From Zootoca vivipara (Eukaryota): a DNA stretch of 64,000 nt. The stretch covers positions 3,906,001 to 3,970,000 of the forward strand of contig NC_083277.1 in NCBI RefSeq assembly GCF_963506605.1, read 5' to 3'. The position numbers and the translations under genes were made by a program. A model generated the notes under the pieces. The model made no database searches. It saw nothing but the letters and a program-made list of their open reading frames with translations, and was not told the DNA's origin. Positions 59,915-64,000 of the stretch are shown here, in pieces (position 1 is the stretch's first letter; each line of letters starts with the position of its first letter).

Positions 59915-61141
59915 ATGAGCGTGTCCGAGGCGGAGAAGTGGCGGCAGATCGCTGAGCAAGCCCAGCTAGAACTGCAACAGCTGTCGCTGCAGGCGCAGGG
60001 AGAATTGAAGGCAGCTAAAGAGGAGACTAAGAAGGTCCAGGACGACCGGCTACAACTTGCGGAACAGGTGAGAGAGCTCCAGGAAAAAGAGCAGCATTTA
60101 AGGGCGGTGGCGGTAGACCTCCAAAACAAGCTGGATGCAGAGAAAAACAAGGCGGGAGGGGCTCCCCAAGTCCAAGTGCTGCCAGGAAGGAGAGCAGGGA
60201 CCCTTGTAAGCAAGTTCAATGGAGACCCGAAGGAGTTTCAGGGCTTTGAGACTGAGATCGTGTATGCTCTTGAGCTGCACCAGAATGAGTTCCCCGATGA
60301 TGAGCACAGAGTAGCGTTTATTGTGGAACATCTCACCGGAGCAGCCAGGGAGTGGCTAAGACCATTAATCGCAACCAAGAATCCTTGCATGAAAAATGTC
60401 CAACAATTTCTAGAAGGTTTGAGGACGATGTATTCGTCCGATAGTCATTTGGACCAGACTAAGGAGGAACTGCATAATTTACGCCAAGGAAATATGACAG
60501 TTCGCGCATATTGGGCGAAATTCACCATGCTGGTGCACAGACTGGGGTGGGTTTTGGATTCGCCTCCCATGCAAGCTGCGTTTTACTTGGGTTTGAGCGA
60601 GGAGGTGAAGGATGAACTCTCGAGAGGTCCAAAGCCCAGTACTATGGATCAGCTGAGCAAAGCAGCTCTGGCGGTGGGGGTGAGGCAGGAATCCCGGTGG
60701 AACGACAAGCAAGCGACGCGCGCAAAGCGGGCTTGGTTCCCACGGTCGCAGGAGAAGCCACTCCCTCAACAACCCTTTCAGGCCACGCCTGGAGCCAGCC
60801 AGGACCAGGAGCCCATGCAGATTGATAGCGCGCGCGCGCGGGCTTTTCAAACCCCAGCGGCGCCAAGACGCAAGGAGGGAAGGGGCGGGAATTGCTTTCT
60901 CTGCAACTCACCCCAGCATCTCGTCAGAGACTGCCCACATCGCAGGGAGTGGCAAGGAAAGGCGGGAACGGTGGTGCCCTCCCCCACTGACGCAGCACCA
61001 CAGCAGGGAAACGGGAAAGCCTGGCTGCAGGAGACAAGGGGCAGCAGCCAGGCACAGTCAGCAGACAACAGCCCCAGCCCGCCCACCCGCACAGAGAGGT
61101 GCAGAGCCAGCCCACCCCTCCCAGAGCAGGAGTGGTTCTAG
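59915..61141 (+). CDS. gag: Gag (coiled coil, capsid, CCHC knuckle)
   Basis: KFNGDP...LTGAAREW...LRQG; PMQID; CFLCNSPQHLVRDC. Confidence 0.92.
   Translation: MSVSEAEKWRQIAEQAQLELQQLSLQAQGELKAAKEETKKVQDDRLQLAEQVRELQEKEQHLRAVAVDLQNKLDAEKNKAGGAPQVQVLPGRRAGTLVSKFNGDPKEFQGFETEIVYALELHQNEFPDDEHRVAFIVEHLTGAAREWLRPLIATKNPCMKNVQQFLEGLRTMYSSDSHLDQTKEELHNLRQGNMTVRAYWAKFTMLVHRLGWVLDSPPMQAAFYLGLSEEVKDELSRGPKPSTMDQLSKAALAVGVRQESRWNDKQATRAKRAWFPRSQEKPLPQQPFQATPGASQDQEPMQIDSARARAFQTPAAPRRKEGRGGNCFLCNSPQHLVRDCPHRREWQGKAGTVVPSPTDAAPQQGNGKAWLQETRGSSQAQSADNSPSPPTRTERCRASPPLPEQEWF
61006..61075 (+). other. -1 programmed ribosomal frameshift signal
   Basis: G GGA AAC heptamer in the gag frame, 6-nt spacer, 10-bp stem gcctggctgc/gcagccaggc. 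Confidence 0.85.
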
Positions 61142-64000
61142 AAGTGACGCTAACGCTCCCAAATGGCTATCCCCTGACGGTCCTCGCCTTAATTGACAGT
61201 GGGGCGTCCGCCAACTTCTTCTCGAGAAGCTTTGCAGAAGAGCACCAAATCCAGCTTTTGCAGTTGGATTTTCCTCTGCACGTAGCAACCATTGACGGCA
61301 GGGAGCTGCTGGGAGGGGCCATCACACATCAAACCCCCCCCATGAGAATGACGGTGGGAAGGCACTCAGAGACACTGGCGTTCAACGTCACCACCATCTC
61401 AGACCCCCCCATCGTCTTGGGCATGAGCTGGCTGGCGCGCCACGACCCCTCCATCAGTTGGCACCAGAGGTGCATCACGTTTGGGTCAGACTTTTGTCTG
61501 GAACATTGCATGCAGCACCAACCAGGGGAGGGGCCTCCGATAGCCACGGTGGCCACCATGCATATCAAAGGGGGTGAGGCAATACCCAAGCAGTACTGGG
61601 ACCTGCAGGAGGTCTTCAGCGAAGCGGAGTCCGACCACCTACCCCCGCACAGGCCTTTTGACTGCCAGATCAACCTGGTGCCAGGGGCGACGATACCCCC
61701 AGCCAAGCTGTACGCCATGTCAGACCAGGAGCTGGAGGATCTGCGCGCTTTCATCGACAAGAACCTCAAGCGGGGGTTCATAAGGGAAAGCACGGCAGCA
61801 GGGGGCAGCCCGGTCTTCTGGGTGGACAAGAAAGACACGCAACAGCGCCGTCTTGTGGTGGACTTTAGACGGCTGAATTCGGTGACAGAGCCCGTGGCTT
61901 TCCCCATGCCCAGAGTGGATGATCTCCTGACAGCGGCACGCAGGGGCAAGATTTTCACCAAGCTGGACCTAAGGGGGGCGTACAACTTGATCAGGATCCG
62001 GGAAGGAGATGAATGGAAAACCACGATGTTCACGCCTCTGGGCTCTTTTGAATATCTGGTGATGCCCTTCGGTTTGCAAGGGGGCTCGGCATGCTTCCAG
62101 GCCTTCATGCACCACGTCCTGGGGTCCCTCCTCTTCAGGAAATGCTTGGTCTTCCTAGATGACATCCTTATCTACTCGAATGACCCAGTGCAGCATGTGA
62201 AAGATGTCAGAGAGGTGTTGCAACGCCTGAAGGAGAACCACCTGTATGTGAAGCTGGAGAAGTGCAAGTTTCACACCAAAGAGGTGGACTTCCTGGGCTA
62301 CAAGCTGTCAGACAAGGGGCTGGCGATGGACAAGGACAAGGTGCAGGCCATCCTGGACTGGCACAGCCCCAGGACGCGCAAAGATGCCCAACGCCTACTA
62401 GGCTTCGCTAACTTCTACAGGAAGTTCATCAAGAACTTCTCTCGCGTTACGGCTCCCATCACGGACTGCCTGAGAGGCAAGCAGAAGTTCAAGTGGACAC
62501 CAGAGGCGCAAGCAGCGTTCGAAAGCCTCAAGAGAGTGTTCGCCTCAGACCAAAACCTGTTCCATGTGGTGCAGGACGCGCCCCTACGCATTGAGACAGA
62601 TGCTTCTGAAAAAGCTGTGGGCGCAATTTTGTTGCAACTGGACGCCAACAGGGAGTGGAGACCCTGTGCCTTCTTCTCCAGGAAGCTGACACAGCCTGAA
62701 CGCAACTACACAGTGTTTGATAGGGAACTTCTTGCGATCTACGCTGCGTTCCAGCACTGGCGACACTTCCTGGTGGGCGCGAAGCACCCCATCCAGGTGT
62801 GCACAGACCACAAGAACCTGGAGTTCTGGAGAACTGCCAGGGTGCTCAACCAGCGGCAGATACGGTGGGCAGAGTTCTTCTCGAACTTCAACTTCTCCAT
62901 CCACTACATCCCGGGGGAGCAGAATGTCAGGGCGGATGCCCTCTCCCGCAAGCCAGAGTACATGGAGGAGGAGGCGCCACCAGCCCCAAGGCACATTCTC
63001 CCCCCGTCGGCATGGTCCTGCGGAGCAGCTGTGGTGAGCGAGGCAGAACTCACAGCACTGACGGCAGCGGATGAATTTGCCAACCGCATCTTCAGAGAAC
63101 TGAGAGGGGGGAGGGAGCAGGCAAAAGACTTTGCAGAACGCAGAGGGCTGCTTTTCTACAAGGGTGCGCTGTACCTACCCACCACCCAGCTTCGACGTAC
63201 GGTCCTCAAGCAGATGCACGACAACCCTACAGCGGGGCATTTTGGAAGGGACAAAACCGCTCACCTAGTCATGAGACACTTCTGGTGGCCAGGGGTGCGG
63301 GAAGATGTTCGAGACTATGTAAGGGGCTGTACCACCTGCCAGCGGGCGAAGGTGGTCAGAGCAGCGCCACCAGGGTTGCTGCAGCCCTTAGCCACACCAC
63401 ACAGGCCGTGGGAAGTGGTGTCCATGGACTTCATCACAGATCTGCCTTCGTCCAGGGGTAAGACTGCAGTGTTGGTGGTGGTGGACCTTATGTCCAAAAT
63501 GTGTCACTTTATACCGTGTGCCAGGGCAGTCTCGGCAGAAGAGACAGCCAAACTGTTTGTTGATCACATTTTCAGACTGCATGGATTACCTTTAAGGGTT
63601 ATTTCGGATCGTGGCCGCCAATTTGTTTCCAGGTTCTGGCGGCGGCTCATGAACCTCCTGCAGGTGGAGGTCAGCTTGTCGACGGCTAGACACCCGCAGA
63701 CCAACGGACAAGCGGAGAGGGTCAACGCCATTCTGCAGCAGTACCTGAGATGCTACGTCAGCCAGCGGCAAACGGACTGGGTGGATCGCTTGCCACTAGC
63801 AGAATTTGCCTACAACAATGCAGTGCACGTATCCACAGGGGTGTCGCCCTTTAAGGCCAATTACGGGCGCGACCTCAGATCTTTCCCAGAGAGGGAGAGG
63901 GAGGAGGAGGAGGAGGAGGGCCCACAGGCTGAGGATTGGGCAGAGGAACTGGAGACGGTGCACCAGCAGCTCAGAGAACACTTGGAGAGGGCCAAGGAAG
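61006..64000 (+). CDS. pol: Pol in the -1 frame (protease, RT, RNase H, integrase), 3'-truncated by window
   Basis: LIDSGAS, VMPFGL, FLDDILIYS, TDAS, HHCC zinc-binding region, SMDFIT / SDRG / QAER catalytic motifs; frame open from the slippery site. Confidence 0.93.

Larger units (their letters stand above)
59445..64000 (+). mobile_element. Ty3/gypsy LTR retrotransposon, Tf1/sushi group, apparently intact (continues beyond window)
   Basis: 5' LTR 59445-59872, then gag, then a -1 frameshift to PR-RT-RH-IN with no stops seen. Confidence 0.95.

Noticed and set aside
59891-64000. PEG10 or RTL1 orthologue
   Set aside because: It has an LTR, a PBS and a full integrase and is inserted into a Tigger element, so it is a retrotransposon rather than a domesticated gene.

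Overview
Vertebrate genomic DNA, most likely a squamate (lizard): it carries Sauria-type SINEs, BovB/RTE, CR1, L2 and Penelope elements plus many hAT and Tigger MITEs. The window is a KRAB zinc-finger (KZFP) gene cluster with five gene models. G1 (- strand, runs off the left edge) has a shortened KRAB-A exon and at least 15 C2H2 fingers. G2 (+) is KRAB-A/B plus 6 fingers. G3 (+) has KRAB-A/B, then a decayed zinc-finger exon, then a phase-compatible spliced TTF-finger/hAT transposase. G4 (+) has a KRAB-A exon with a stop codon and 8 fingers. G5 (+) has KRAB-A and two KRAB-B-like exons spliced in frame to a BED-finger/hAT transposase. The main result is two independent KRAB-hAT transposase fusion genes ~20 kb apart. 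Both have intact long ORFs and TE-filled introns, and each has a different catalytic-motif lesion (second DDE Asp to Asn in G3; CxxH to CxxY in G5). The right end holds an apparently intact sushi/Tf1-group Ty3/gypsy element with an 11-nt self-priming PBS and a PEG10-type GGGAAAC -1 frameshift signal. Gene models rest on splice signals, phase and motif recognition only; no transcript or database evidence was available.
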